The position numbers and the translations under genes are program-made. A DNA stretch of 64,000 nucleotides, from contig NC_045708.1 of NCBI RefSeq assembly GCF_009834535.1, forward strand, positions 31,062,001 through 31,126,000, read 5' to 3'. The first letter of the stretch is position 1. Each line of letters opens with the position of its first letter. Positions 25,809 through 37,060 of the stretch are shown here, in pieces. The notes below the pieces were generated by a model. It saw nothing but the letters and a program-made list of their open reading frames with translations, was not told the DNA's origin and did not search any database. The DNA is from Camelus ferus. Its lineage: Eukaryota.

Positions 25809-27284
25809 GTGAGAGGGGCATCGAAACTGGGTGGGCAGGTAAACCGGTAGGTCTGACACCCCAACACCTCCATGGCCCTCGGTGGTCCCAGTTTTGGCCC
25901 CTGACACACCTGTCACTCCACATACCTGTTACCCGCTCTTGCCAGCCTCCAGAGCACATCCTCTTCCCTGGACCAGGTCTGTAGGAAGCACCTGAATCCA
26001 TCTCATCTCTAGGTCTGAGCTGTCCTACTGCGCCCAGAGGACCAGCAGCCTCCTGATCAACTACCTCTTTCTCTGTCACCCTCAAATCAGCGCTATGTTA
26101 ACCCCCAACCTTCGAGTCTCCCTGAGAGTTAGCAGATGCTGTCACATAGCCCACTTGGCAGGGAGCAGCAGTCCCCATGGGACAGAAGAGAGCTGGTAAC
26201 AAAGACTCAGCACAGGCTAGGGAAGTTTAGCCTCTTCCAGAGATTTGTCCAGACACACTTGTAGGGGCCTGGGCAGACCTGGGGATCTCAGCCCAGCTCT
26301 GCCCCAACTCTCGCCCTATCAGGCCCTCTGCCCTCCCCTCCCCAGGAGGAAGCCATTTCTCTCTGCGGCCCCAAAGATTCCTGCCCCCACCCTCAGACCC
26401 ACAGCCCCTTGGCTGCTTCTTACGTCCCTGGGCTCCTAAAAGGGGAGGATCTTTCTCTTGGGCTGGGGGTTTGCCTCCTGATGTCCAGGCCCCCTGAATT
26501 AATGAGAGATGTGGAGAGTCAGGCAGACCCGCACTCCCCTAGAATCTCTATTCTGTCCTGAGCAAAGAGGCAAGAAGAGATGGTCGGGGACAAGGACCCT
26601 AATGTTAGAGTCCACCAGTCCTGGAGGGAGTGGCTCCTGGAAATTAGCCACAAAGAAGAGGGGAAGAACATTCCAGGAGGAGGAGTGACAAGAGCAAAGG
26701 CAGGAAGCTCTGAGATACCACGGTGTTTCTAGAACAGATACAGACAATTTAGGAATTCAGGGATGTTCGGAGTCAGGCAGGATGCGGAGAGGTATGGGAC
26801 TAGAGGGCTAAGCAGTGGCCAAACTGGTGAAAATGATGTGCTAAGGAGTTGGCTGTTGTCCTGCGGGCAGTGGCGAACTATTGGAGAGCTTAAGCTGGGG
26901 AGCTATGGAGGAATCTATTGGAAAAGAATCTCATTGGCTGTTGAGTGGAGGATGGGTGGAAAGGGGGACGACTTGGGGCAGAAAGACTGCTTGGAAGGCT
27001 GGGAAGCTGGGAGCGGGATGGTGGCAGTGGGCATGGAGGGAAGTGAAGAGCTCTAGGAGATGAGGGGGAGATAGACCAAACAGGACTTGGTTTACTGAGT
27101 GACTGGTGGAGCAGTAGAGAAGAGGATGCTTCCCAGCTTTCTGGCTTGGGTACTGATACTCTCTGGTAACTTCTCCCAGGTCTGATCACTCTGCATGGCA
27201 CACGTTGATGTGACGGGTTGAGGTGGGCAAAGGGAGGGGACACTAACTCTCGTGTGGCACTGAGGCCCCAGTTTATGCCCCCAG

Positions 27285-27440
27285 GATCCTATTTCTACAC
27301 CCTGGACTGGCACGAGGTCCAGGACAGGCGGTTCTTGCTGCAGCTCCCAAACGTGCAGCCACCCTCAAGCGGCATCTACAGTGCCACCTACCTGGAAGCC
27401 AGCCCACTGGGCAGCGCTTTCTTTCGGCTCATCGTGCGAG
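27285..27440 (+). CDS. TIE1: TIE1 exon 4 (Ig2)
   Basis: ccag|GA SYFYTLDWHEVQDRRFLLQLPNVQPPSSGIYSATYLEASPLGSAFFRLIVR G|gtcagg; 156 nt. Confidence 0.97.
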
Positions 27441-27587
27441 GTCAGGAGCAGAGGGCAGAGGTGGTGGATGGTGTGGGAAGCTGGGAGCCCAATGGGTACT
27501 TCCTGTGGATCCCCAGGGCCACCCCAAGTCCTCAGCACCAGTGGTCAAGAGGGGTGAGAGTCAGCTGCTAAAAGCACTTTCCTGCAG

Positions 27588-27719
27588 GCTGTGGGGCAGG
27601 GCACTGGGGACAAGACTGTACCAAGGAATGCCCAGGCTGCCTTCATGGAGGTGTCTGCCACGACCAGGACGGCGAGTGTGTGTGCCCCCCTGGATTCACT
27701 GGTACCCGCTGTGAGCAGG
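27588..27719 (+). CDS. TIE1: TIE1 exon 5 (EGF1)
   Basis: CGAGHWGQDCTKECPGCLHGGVCHDQDGECVCPPGFTGTRCEQ; 132 nt, ag/gt bounded. Confidence 0.97.
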
Positions 27720-27861
27720 GTAAGGAGGCTGGGCAGTGCTAGGACCTAGACAAAAGAGGATGCCTGGCTGGGGGAAGACTCTTGAACCATGAGGATGCAG
27801 CTTGGATACCAAGCAGGTCCTGCACCCTGGGGCCCAGCAGAGCACCCTGCCCTTTTTCTAG

Positions 27862-28002
27862 CCTGCAGAGAGGGCCGTTTTGGGCAGAGCTGCCAGGAGC
27901 AGTGTCCAGGCACATCAGGCTGCCAGGGCCTCACCTTCTGCCTCCCGGACCCCTATGGCTGTTCCTGTGGATCTGGCTGGAGAGGGAGCCAGTGCCAGGA
28001 AG
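27862..28002 (+). CDS. TIE1: TIE1 exon 6 (EGF2)
   Basis: [46 protein letters not shown]; 141 nt. Confidence 0.97.
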
Positions 28003-28211
28003 GTATGGGCTAGCCCACCCTCTGTGGTCCCTGACCAGACAGCTAGCCACAAGCTCCACCCAGCCCCTTCACTCTGGCCCTGACTTACACACCAATCCCT
28101 CCACAGTCCCCTGCTCACTTGACCAGTGCTCTCTCCACCCAGCCTGTCCCCAGCTGTGCCCTCATTATCCCCTGACCTGTGCCCTTCTAAGCACACCCTC
28201 TCTGTTCCCAG

Positions 28212-28340
28212 CCTGTGCTCCAGGCCATTTTGGGGCTGATTGCCGCCTCCAGTGTCAGTGTCAGAATGGTGGCACCTGTGACCGCTTCAGCGGCTGTGTC
28301 TGCCCCTCCGGGTGGCATGGAGTGCACTGTGAAAAGTCAG
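28212..28340 (+). CDS. TIE1: TIE1 exon 7 (EGF3)
   Basis: [42 protein letters not shown]; 129 nt. Confidence 0.97.
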
Positions 28341-29129
28341 GTATGAGCATCTCTCAAAACAAGTCAACCTTCACCTGACACATCCCCAGGCTGTAAGTCC
28401 TGTCCTCAGGGAGCTCATGGTCTAGAAGTTCTCACTACCAGCCCGCATCATCCGTACAGGGGTGGGCAGCAGCCCAGAGCGGGTGGGAGCCCAGAGAAGG
28501 CCCTGACCAGCCTGAGAGGGTCAGAGAGGGCTTCTGGGAAGAGGCACCATCTGAGATGGGATATGAAGGACAAGAGGAAGACAGCTCGAGAGAGAGGAAG
28601 GTCAAAGGGCGGGGTTTGAGGACTCAGCCTCGAGTACCAGGATGGTGGAGTGGTGGGGGGCTGGAGGAGTGGTCAGAAGAGGTCAAATCTTGGGGCCTTT
28701 GAATAGCAGGCTATAGGATTTCCACTCAATATGATAGGCCAGCAGGGAATGGTTGAAGAGGCACAGAGCCGTCAGATTTGTGTTTGAGAGAGGACCACAG
28801 CTGCTAAGTGGGGAGTGGGAGCTGGAGAGCCTGGAGGATCTGTAGCAGGGCCCAGAAACCAGCATTCCGGCTGTGAGGCTGGAGGGGTCTGGTCTCGGTG
28901 TAGGAGGATGTGAGGATAGGGAGGGAGCAGGAGGTAGACTCAGGGGCAATCAGAGGTGGGCGTGACAGCCCTGGAGGAGTCACATGGGACTGTGCTGGCC
29001 TTCAGGCTGGGGTGACTGGGCCACAGGCAGTGCCTGCACCAAGATGCAGGACTCGGGAGGAGGGGTGCCTTGGCAGTCACATGTCTGCCCCCGCAGGGCC
29101 TCCAGGATGAGTGTCCCCTCTCTCCCCAG

Positions 29130-29275
29130 ACCGGATCCCCCAGATCCTGGACGTGGTCTCAGAACTGGAGTTCAACTTAGAGACGATGCCCCGGATCAAC
29201 TGCGCGGCTGCGGGGAACCCCTTCCCAGTCCGGGGCAGCATGGAGCTGCGTAAGCCGGACGGCACAGTGCTCCTG
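29130..29275 (+). CDS. TIE1: TIE1 exon 8 (Ig3)
   Basis: RIPQILDVVSELEFNLETMPRINCAAAGNPFPVRGSMELRKPDGTVLL|gtcagc; 146 nt. Confidence 0.97.
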
Positions 29276-29487
29276 GTCAGCCCCGAGACCCCAACCCGGG
29301 CCCCGCCCCTCCAGGCCCCGAGCCCATGGGGCTTTCTGCAGGCTCTGCCTACAGCTCAAGTGGGGTCAGGCTGATTGCTGAGGGACCGCCATCCAGCCTC
29401 TGTCCCCTTATCAGTCTGGACAAACACGTGTGTCTGCTACGTGATGCACATTCTCTGTGGTCTGACCCCTTCCCCTGTCTCTCTCAG

Positions 29488-29632
29488 TCCACCAAGGCCA
29501 TTGTGGAGCCAGACAAGACCACAGCCGAGTTCGAGGTGCCCCGCTTGACCCTTGGGGACAGTGGGCTCTGGGAGTGCCGCGTGTCCACATCTGGTGGCCA
29601 GGACAGCCGACGCTTCAGGGTCAACGTCAAAG
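29488..29632 (+). CDS. TIE1: TIE1 exon 9 (Ig3)
   Basis: STKAIVEPDKTTAEFEVPRLTLGDSGLWECRVSTSGGQDSRRFRVNVK G|gtcagt; 145 nt. Confidence 0.97.
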
Positions 29633-30347
29633 GTCAGTGATGTCCCATGGCCCTGGAGGCTGGATAGCAGGCACAGCAGGCACCAGCCCATGCTGCTCAG
29701 ACTGGGCATCTAAGGTCATAGCCCAATACCAGGCAGAGAAGAAGGCCTGTTATCAGCCTGAGGCCTGGACTGGACAGTGTCCAGGCTGGAGCACAGCTCA
29801 ATCTCATTTGGAAAAGGCATCCCATGCCCCAGGAATGGGACACCCTCCAGCCTTGCCCAGGTGATGCTTCCCATCACTGCCTCCCCAAAACCCTGCCCAC
29901 AGACACACAGTGCCTTTCACTCTGCCTCTGGGATGCTGCCTCCCCCGCCCCGAGTCACACCACAGGTCACTCAGTGCGAGGACAGGGAAGCTCAGAGGGT
30001 GACCTGCTCTGTTTCCCAGAGGTGATTCCTGATGAATAAGAGGGAACTGCCAGTGCCCAGGATTGCTCAGAGCAGAGCACCCCCACCCCCGTTTGGTGTC
30101 CCTCACCTTCTCCAGCACCATAAGCCTTGACACTCACACTCCCTCCCACCTCTTGGCTCCTCTTTTCCTCCAACCCCGACATCCCCCACTTCCCCTGACA
30201 TGAGCCTGGACCTCGTACTCATCTTCCTCTTTCTCACTGTCAGACTCTGCTGCCCACCCGCCCCCAACTCTGCAGCCTCCTCCACCCCCAGGAAGTATTA
30301 GAGAATGATGTGAGCTGCGCACCCCTTTCTCTTCCCACTCTCCCCAG

Positions 30348-30570
30348 GCTTTGGACCCAGACAATCTGGCTGTGAATCCTCACCACAAATTCTAGCTCCG
30401 TCACATAATAAGCAAGTCACTTAGCTCCTCATAGCTTGCTTCTCACTCTTTAAAATGAGAATATCAGTGCTCCCTCGATAGGGTTGCTGTGAAGATTAAA
30501 TTAGATGATGCATTTAAGCATTTAGCACAGTGCCTGACACAGGGTATGTGCTCAGTACATGTTGACATTT
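30348..30570 (+). mobile_element. MIR SINE in TIE1 intron 9
   Basis: gctttggacccagac...aagtcacttagctcctc...aaaatgagaata...gggttgctgtgaagattaaattagatg...cacagtgcctgacacag follows the MIR consensus. Confidence 0.8.
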
Positions 30571-31980
30571 ATTGTTATTATTAGTTAAAATGTCATCTGT
30601 TCCCTAGCAACTCCCAGATATGTATGACCTGCAGCCTGGACCCCTCTCCTGGGCTCTAGACCCATTTAGTGGGACCTCCATGTAGTGAAGGTCTGGTTCT
30701 GAAGTCAGTGTGGCAGTTACTTGGTGTATGACTCAGGGGCCCACTTAGTATCCAGCCACCTCCAGGACATGTAACCCCATGCCTGAGCCACAGGTCCCTG
30801 GGCTCCGTAGCGTCCAAGCCGGGCCTTCATCTCCCTCCAGATCAGCACTTCCTCCTGACATGAGTATTCCTGCCTGACACCACTGTTCCTTCTCACCCCC
30901 TCAGCTCACACCCCTGCATCCTCCTTGGCCCTCCCCGCCCCTCTTCCAACCATCCACTCTTCTTTGAAAGTCTTCTGGAAAATATTTAGAAGAGGCAAGG
31001 GAACCAGTTAAGGTATTAACGCAATAACCTGGAGAGAAAAGCTAAAGCAGAACAGAGGCAGTGACCATGGAGAGAGGAAGCCGAGCAGGAGCGCAAAGGC
31101 TGTTGTGGGGTAGAATGGACTGATTTTAGGTGGCCTGGCCAGACAGACCTAGTTCAAACCCTGGCTGTGTGTCCTTAAGCAAGTTGCTCAATGTCTCTGA
31201 GCCTGCTTCATCATTTATAACACAGGGGTGAGGAGCCCTGCCTGCAGCTATAAGAATTTGAGACCATGCATGTGAAGCCTCCAGGTAGAGCAGGTGCTTC
31301 ATTACCTACTACTCTTTTTTTAATTTAGAGAGTGATGAATGGTAGGGGAAGGGCAGAGAGCAGGGTGACGCTGAGATGGGTTTCAGGCCTCTCTGCCTGC
31401 CACCACACTGCACAGGGGGGTGCCCTTCCTCAACCCCCCGCCCAAAGCATCTTACCAATAAGTACAAATGTCGTATACATCATTATGAAAATAATATTGC
31501 TATGAGATAATAAGCCATATGTGAATATTGTATACAACTTTGTCATTTAAATCCTAAAGTGTTCACCTCCTTTCACATCTATTTGCACTATATTCCTATT
31601 TACTAAGTGGGGAGGAGTTTTCTTTATATAGTGTTTCATCGTTAATAAGTCAATACCTGTTCCGTTTCTGGGACGTTCTTTCTGTGCGTTAAAAAATTTC
31701 AAAATTAAAAAAAAAAAAAACTGGCCATGCCACTCCCTCACTTAACATCTTTTGGGACACCTTCATGTCCTTATTGCCGAATCCTTACGCCTCCAGCCAT
31801 CCTCCCTGTGCCCTGGCCACTCTGGTCATCTGTTAGACTTGGTCTCTCCCCAGCCCAGGGGGTCCCCAGATCTAAATGGAGACTAGCAATCTCTTTGATG
31901 CCCAGAACACAGAGTCTGCTCCCATTTCTGAGGACTGGGGGTGCTGTCTGGGGCACGCCTCACCCCGAGCCTCCTGGCAG

Positions 31981-32139
31981 TGCCCCCAGTGCCCCTGACC
32001 GCCCCTCGGCTCCTGGCCAAGCAGAGCCGCCAGCTCGTTGTCTCCCCGCTGGTCTCCTTCTCTGGGGACGGACCCATCGCCTCCGTCCGCCTGCACTACC
32101 GGCCCCAGGATAGCACCATGGCCTGGTCCACCATCGTGG
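31981..32139 (+). CDS. TIE1: TIE1 exon 10 (FN3-1)
   Basis: PPVPLTAPRLLAKQSRQLVVSPLVSFSGDGPIASVRLHYRPQDSTMAWSTIV; 159 nt. Confidence 0.97.
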
Positions 32140-32326
32140 GTGAGTCGGGAGGGAGCCAGGGACAGAGCAGGGTGGCTGGAGCGGGGCGAGGTATCAGGCA
32201 TTAATGAGGGGAGGGGGACTAGAGAGGGAGGGAGACGTGTAAGGAGAAGAGAGGGGCTACAGGGAGGGTGGTGGCTTCTGGAAGGAACCGGGGCTGAATG
32301 ATGTGAGCTGCCCACCCCGCCCCCAG

Positions 32327-32464
32327 TGGACCCCAGTGAGAACGTGACGTTAATGAACCTGAGGCCGAAGACAGGGTACAGTGTCCGTGTGCAGCTGAGC
32401 CGGCCGGGAGAAGGCGGGGAGGGAGCCTGGGGGCCTCCCACCCTCATGACCACAGACTGTCCTG
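32327..32464 (+). CDS. TIE1: TIE1 exon 11
   Basis: DPSENVTLMNLRPKTGYSVRVQLSRPGEGGEGAWGPPTLMTTDCP; 138 nt. Confidence 0.97.
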
Positions 32465-32662
32465 GTGAGAGGCCAAGAGTCACCCCTTTCTGTCCCCCCA
32501 GGGGTCACTGTTCTATGCACTCAGGGGCTGTCATGTCTTGTCCACCCCAGGGCCCCCTGCCTTTCCCACTGGAGGTTGTTGCACCCTGTCCCCTGGGGAC
32601 CACTATCCTGTCCAGCTCCAAGGACTCACCGGACAGTTCTGACCCCTGACCTCTGGCCCCAG

Positions 32663-32959
32663 AGCCCTTGTTGCAGCCATGGCTGGAGGGCTGGCATGTG
32701 GAGGGCCCCGACCGTTTGCGAGTGAGCTGGTCCTTACCCTCGGTGCCGGGGCCACTGGTGGGCGATGGTTTCCTGCTGCGCCTGTGGGACGGGGCCCGGG
32801 GACAGGAGCGGCGGGAGAACGTCTCGTCCCCCCAGGCCCGCACCGCCCTCCTGACCGGACTCACGCCTGGCACCCACTACCAGCTGGATGTGCGGCTCTA
32901 CCACTGTACCCTCCTGGGCCCTGCCTCACCCCCCGCACGTGTGCTTCTGCCCCCCAGCG
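32663..32959 (+). CDS. TIE1: TIE1 exon 12 (FN3-2)
   Basis: PLLQPWLEGWHVEGPDRLRVSWSLP...ARVLLPPS G|gtatg; 297 nt. Confidence 0.97.
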
Positions 32960-33533
32960 GTATGCTCCGGAAGGGGGTGGTGGGCTCAGTAGGAGGGGGC
33001 ACAAGGGACACAGGAGCAAGTGAGACCCAAAAGGACATGGGAGGGCATAGGATCCTGGATGGACATGGAGAGAATACAGGACATGAAAACATGGCAGAAG
33101 GAGGACCTAGGATGTCAAGCACACATGAACACAGAGAGGATGTGACAGAGGATACGGGATACCAGGAGCATGGGGGCAGAGGAGAGCACGGGGAGGTCGT
33201 AGTTCACGTGGAGAACAAGAGTCATGGGGAGGATGTAGGGCCCCAGGAGGACATGGGTACTTGGGGGAAAACAGATCTTAGGGGGCACATGGGGGAGACC
33301 CAGGGCACTGGGAGGATCTGGACCACCAGGAAGACTTGGGATGTAAGGAGAACCAGGGGAAGCAGAAGCTCAGGGAGAGGAATTCAGCCCCGGAAGGGAG
33401 GAGGAGGCTGGCGGGGTGGCTCGCATTCTGGGTTCTGCAGAGCAGGGGACACAGTTAGAGCAGATCTATCCGACCCCACAGCCACGCGGTCTGGCCCCAT
33501 CTGAGCCCTGCCTTCCCACCCCCATCTCCCCAG

Positions 33534-33824
33534 GGCCCCCAGCACCCCGACACCTCCATGCCCAGGCCCTTTCAGACTCGGAGATTCAGCTGGTGTGGCA
33601 GCGCCCAGAGCCTCCGGCTGGGCCTATATCCAAGTACATCGTGGAGGTGCAGGTGGCTGGGGGCTCAGGAGACCCGCTGTGGATGGACGTGGACAGGCCC
33701 GAGGAGACGAGCACCATTGTCCGTGGCCTCAACGCCAGCACACGCTACCTCTTCCGCGTGCGGGCCAGTGTCCAGGGCCCCGGCGACTGGAGCAACGTGG
33801 TAGAGGAGTCCACCTTGGGCAACG
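33534..33824 (+). CDS. TIE1: TIE1 exon 13 (FN3-3)
   Basis: PPAPRHLHAQALSDSEIQLVWQ...WSNVVEESTLGN G|gtgag; 291 nt. Confidence 0.97.
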
Positions 33825-34163
33825 GTGAGAGGGCAGGGCCAGGGGGGACTCCTGGACCCTGGGGTCAGTCTCAGTGCTCTCCCCATCCACGTATCCCCTG
33901 CCTTGGAGCTAGAGCATCCTAGGCCCTTCCCAGCAAGTCACTTGAGCCCTGGTACTGGGGACCCTGACTCTTCCTTTCTTATGACCCCTTGTCCTAGTGT
34001 TGGGAAATCATATCATTCCAGTGACCCACTGGCCCTAGGCCTGGCACCCCGGCTCCCTCCCTGGCACTAGAATCTCTGACCTCTTCCTCTGTGTGACCCC
34101 ACATTGGCCTCTGAGTTCCCTGACCTGTGCATCCCTATGATCTGCCTCTCTTATTGTGTCCAG

Positions 34164-34354
34164 GGCTGCAGAGCGAGGGCCCAGTCCAAGAGATCCAGGC
34201 GCCTGAAGAGGGCCTGGACCAACAGCTGGTCCTGGCTGTGGTGGGCTCTGTGTCCGCCACCTGCCTCACCATCCTGGCTGCCCTCCTAACCCTGGTGTGC
34301 ATCCGAAGAAGCTGCCTGCATCGCAGACGCACCTTCACCTACCAGTCGGGATCG
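34164..34354 (+). CDS. TIE1: TIE1 exon 14 (stalk and transmembrane helix)
   Basis: LQSEGPVQEIQAPEEGLDQQLVLAVVGSVSATCLTILAALLTLVCIRRSCLHRRRTFTYQSGS|gtcagt; 191 nt. Confidence 0.97.
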
Positions 34355-36683
34355 GTCAGTCCCCTGTACCCGCCCCAGGGCACGTGTGGGCAGACCCTTT
34401 GTGTATGTGTTCCTGTCTATGTACACCCCAGTATTTGCACACAGCAAGTGTGTGTGTGTGCGCACCCACATGCGTGTTTATGTCGTAGGTATAAGGCTAC
34501 ACTCAACCGCACACAAGGGTAGGATATATAATTATCTTTATTTCTCTAGAATTGAACTCAACTTATGAGCTCACTTACACTAGTGGCAAAGTATTTAATA
34601 CCCCCAGTTCAGAATCACTTGGTTATGTCCATGTTTCACTGTGGTCAGTTCAGGATCCTCCTCCTCCTCCTCACTCGGGCCGATGTAAGCCTAGGAAGCC
34701 TGGTGCCACACGGGGAACAGGTGGCCTTCACACTGGCCTCTGTCCCGGCAGGCCCTCCTGGGCTGGGGAGCCAGCCTCCATCTGCAGGCAGCCCTGGCCG
34801 ATGTCCTCAGCCCTTCTGTGGCCCCCTGCCAATGGGGCACTCACACTGCAAGTTCTTCGTCCCAGCCTCCATCCTTGTGGATCCCAGGGCCTCCTGGGGG
34901 AGACTCAGAACTCCCAGGTGCTTCCTTGTACCCTGTGGAGGGCAGCGTATTCTGTGGCCCTTAGACCCGCTGCTATGGCTGTTCTAAAGCCCACCCACAG
35001 CTGTTTCTATCGCTCTCGCGTTGAGCTCAACCTGCAGCTTCACCTGTCACTCCTTGAGAGAGGAAACACACACCTCCACTCTTCTTGGCTTCCCTGTAAA
35101 CCTGAGTTTTCTGTCCTTCTGTGGTCCACGTCCCTCGAGCCGGCAGGCCCACACCAAGGGGGATGGGGGTGGCGGGCACAGGCGCCTCTTCAGGGACCCA
35201 GTGTCACCTCCTCTCATCACCTCCTCCCACCTCTCTCCCCTCTGGGATCTTCCCCACTGTTGTCACTTATGATTCAAACTGCGCCCTTGTTCCTCCATGC
35301 CTGGGCGCCTTATATTTACAGCCGAGCCTCGGCATTTCAGAAAAAAAAAACCCACAAACCCCTCTTCTCTCTCAAGGGCTGATCCTTGTGATAGAAAGCC
35401 TAGTGTCCAAGCTATTGTCTCTGCCATGCCTTTAAAAAAACTCCCTTCAGGGATTCAATCAGCCTCTTTGTTCCAGGCTGCATTGGCCTCCCTCTGAGGT
35501 CAGTGCACACAGAAAGCTGCCACTGCTGTAGTTGGGGGAGGGTTCTGGGAACCACCGTCATAGGAAGGAGGTGGGAAGGCGGCCTGAGTGTGTATATATC
35601 CTATCATACATCAAGATGTATCCCTGCTATACGTGCCTGGGTGCAGAGGGGTGTGTGTGCAGGAATGCACGTGTACCTCCCTGTGATTGCCCCCATGTGT
35701 GTAGGCCTGTGTCCCTGACACGTGTGTCCCTCTGCTTGTGTTCCTGTGTGCACATGTCTGTGTGTACCTCTCAAGGATGCCCCTGCATCCTGTCCACCAC
35801 TAGAACATGTGTGTGCACTCTGGCGTGTGCCTTCAGCTGTCCATGTTTTGTGTGAGTCTGTGTGACCCATGTCCTCAGCCCTCACCCGTCAGGCTGGGCT
35901 ACAGCTCACTTAGGAACCCCTCCCTCCAGGTCGGTCTTAATCCTTCTCCGGTTCGCACACTGGCCGCTCCCGGGGTCCTGTTCGGCTGTGTCCTTTTCCT
36001 GCCCAGGAGGCCCAGCTCCTGCTCGGCTGGGGGCAGTGGATGCGCCTCTTTGTTATGCTCTTTCTCTCTTCGGGTCCTAGGGTGTTCTGAGAGCAAGGGT
36101 GGCTGCCAGGTGGGTGGACAGGGTGATCTCTGCTTCTGCTGCTGTGAAGAAAACCCCTCCACTGGCTCCCAGCAGCTCCGGGCTTAGCATGGAGCAGGTG
36201 CTCAGTAAGTGTACCCTAGCTGATCGCCCAAGGCCGGAACCCTCTCCGCAGCATCCCTGGTGACAGAAAAGCCTGGCTGTGGGATCAGCACAATCCCAGG
36301 AAGCTCATTGCTCCCCATCACAGCTCGTTCCATTTTTTTTCTGTTTTAAATGTTAGAAATATCATCCTTTCATTGACTCATGTCATGGCTTCTAGCAGTT
36401 TTATCCACTCCTTGTTCTTTCAGAGCCCCACACACCTGATCCCCAGGCTGTGGCCTCTCCATTTCTCTCCTTGGACATGGGTCCACCCGACGGCACACCT
36501 GTGCTCCATCTCATAGGATTCTGTCTCAGTATGTGTCCTCTGTCTGTCTGTCAGTCCCTGGCTGGCCACCAGGATGCCCTCTGTCTGGGTCTCTGTCCAT
36601 TTGTCTGACCACCCTCTGTCTGTGCACCTTATTGCCCCTGGCTCTTTCGTGGACTCTCTGCCCACTTGTCCCATCCTATGAAG

Positions 36684-36894
36684 GGTGAGGAGACCATCCT
36701 GCAGTTCAGCTCGGGCACCTTGACACTGACCCGGCGGCCAAAACCACAGCCCGAGCCCCTGAATTACCCAGTGCTGGAATGGGAGGACATCACCTTTGAG
36801 GATCTCATTGGGGAGGGGAACTTCGGCCAGGTCATCCGGGCCATGATCAAGAAGGACGGACTCAAGATGAACGCAGCCATCAAGATGCTGAAAG
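36684..36894 (+). CDS. TIE1: TIE1 exon 15 (kinase N-lobe, GEGNFG loop)
   Basis: [19 protein letters not shown]...[30 protein letters not shown]|gtccgc; 211 nt. Confidence 0.97.
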
Positions 36895-37060
36895 GTCCGC
36901 TGGCAGTGAGCCTTGTCCCAGCCCAGACCCTCTCCTTTGTCCCACAGACCCCAGCACCACCGCCCTCGGCTCCCTCCAGCCACTGATCCCAGCCCTCACC
37001 AGCCCATGCCCTTTCTCCAGGCTTATGTCTNNNNNNNNNNNNNNNNNNNNNNNNNNNNNN

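Noticed and set aside
24808-26085. Long minus-strand ORFs (258, 204 and 163 aa) over TIE1 exons 2-3
   Set aside because: Expected stop-poor antisense frames of a CpG island and coding exons.
34546-35034. Two ORF fragments sharing SRIELNL / SRVELNL, and a 12-bp palindrome GTTGAGCTCAAC at 35020-35031
   Set aside because: Only 19/27 nt identity with no flanking similarity. About 16 such 12-bp palindromes are expected by chance in 64 kb.
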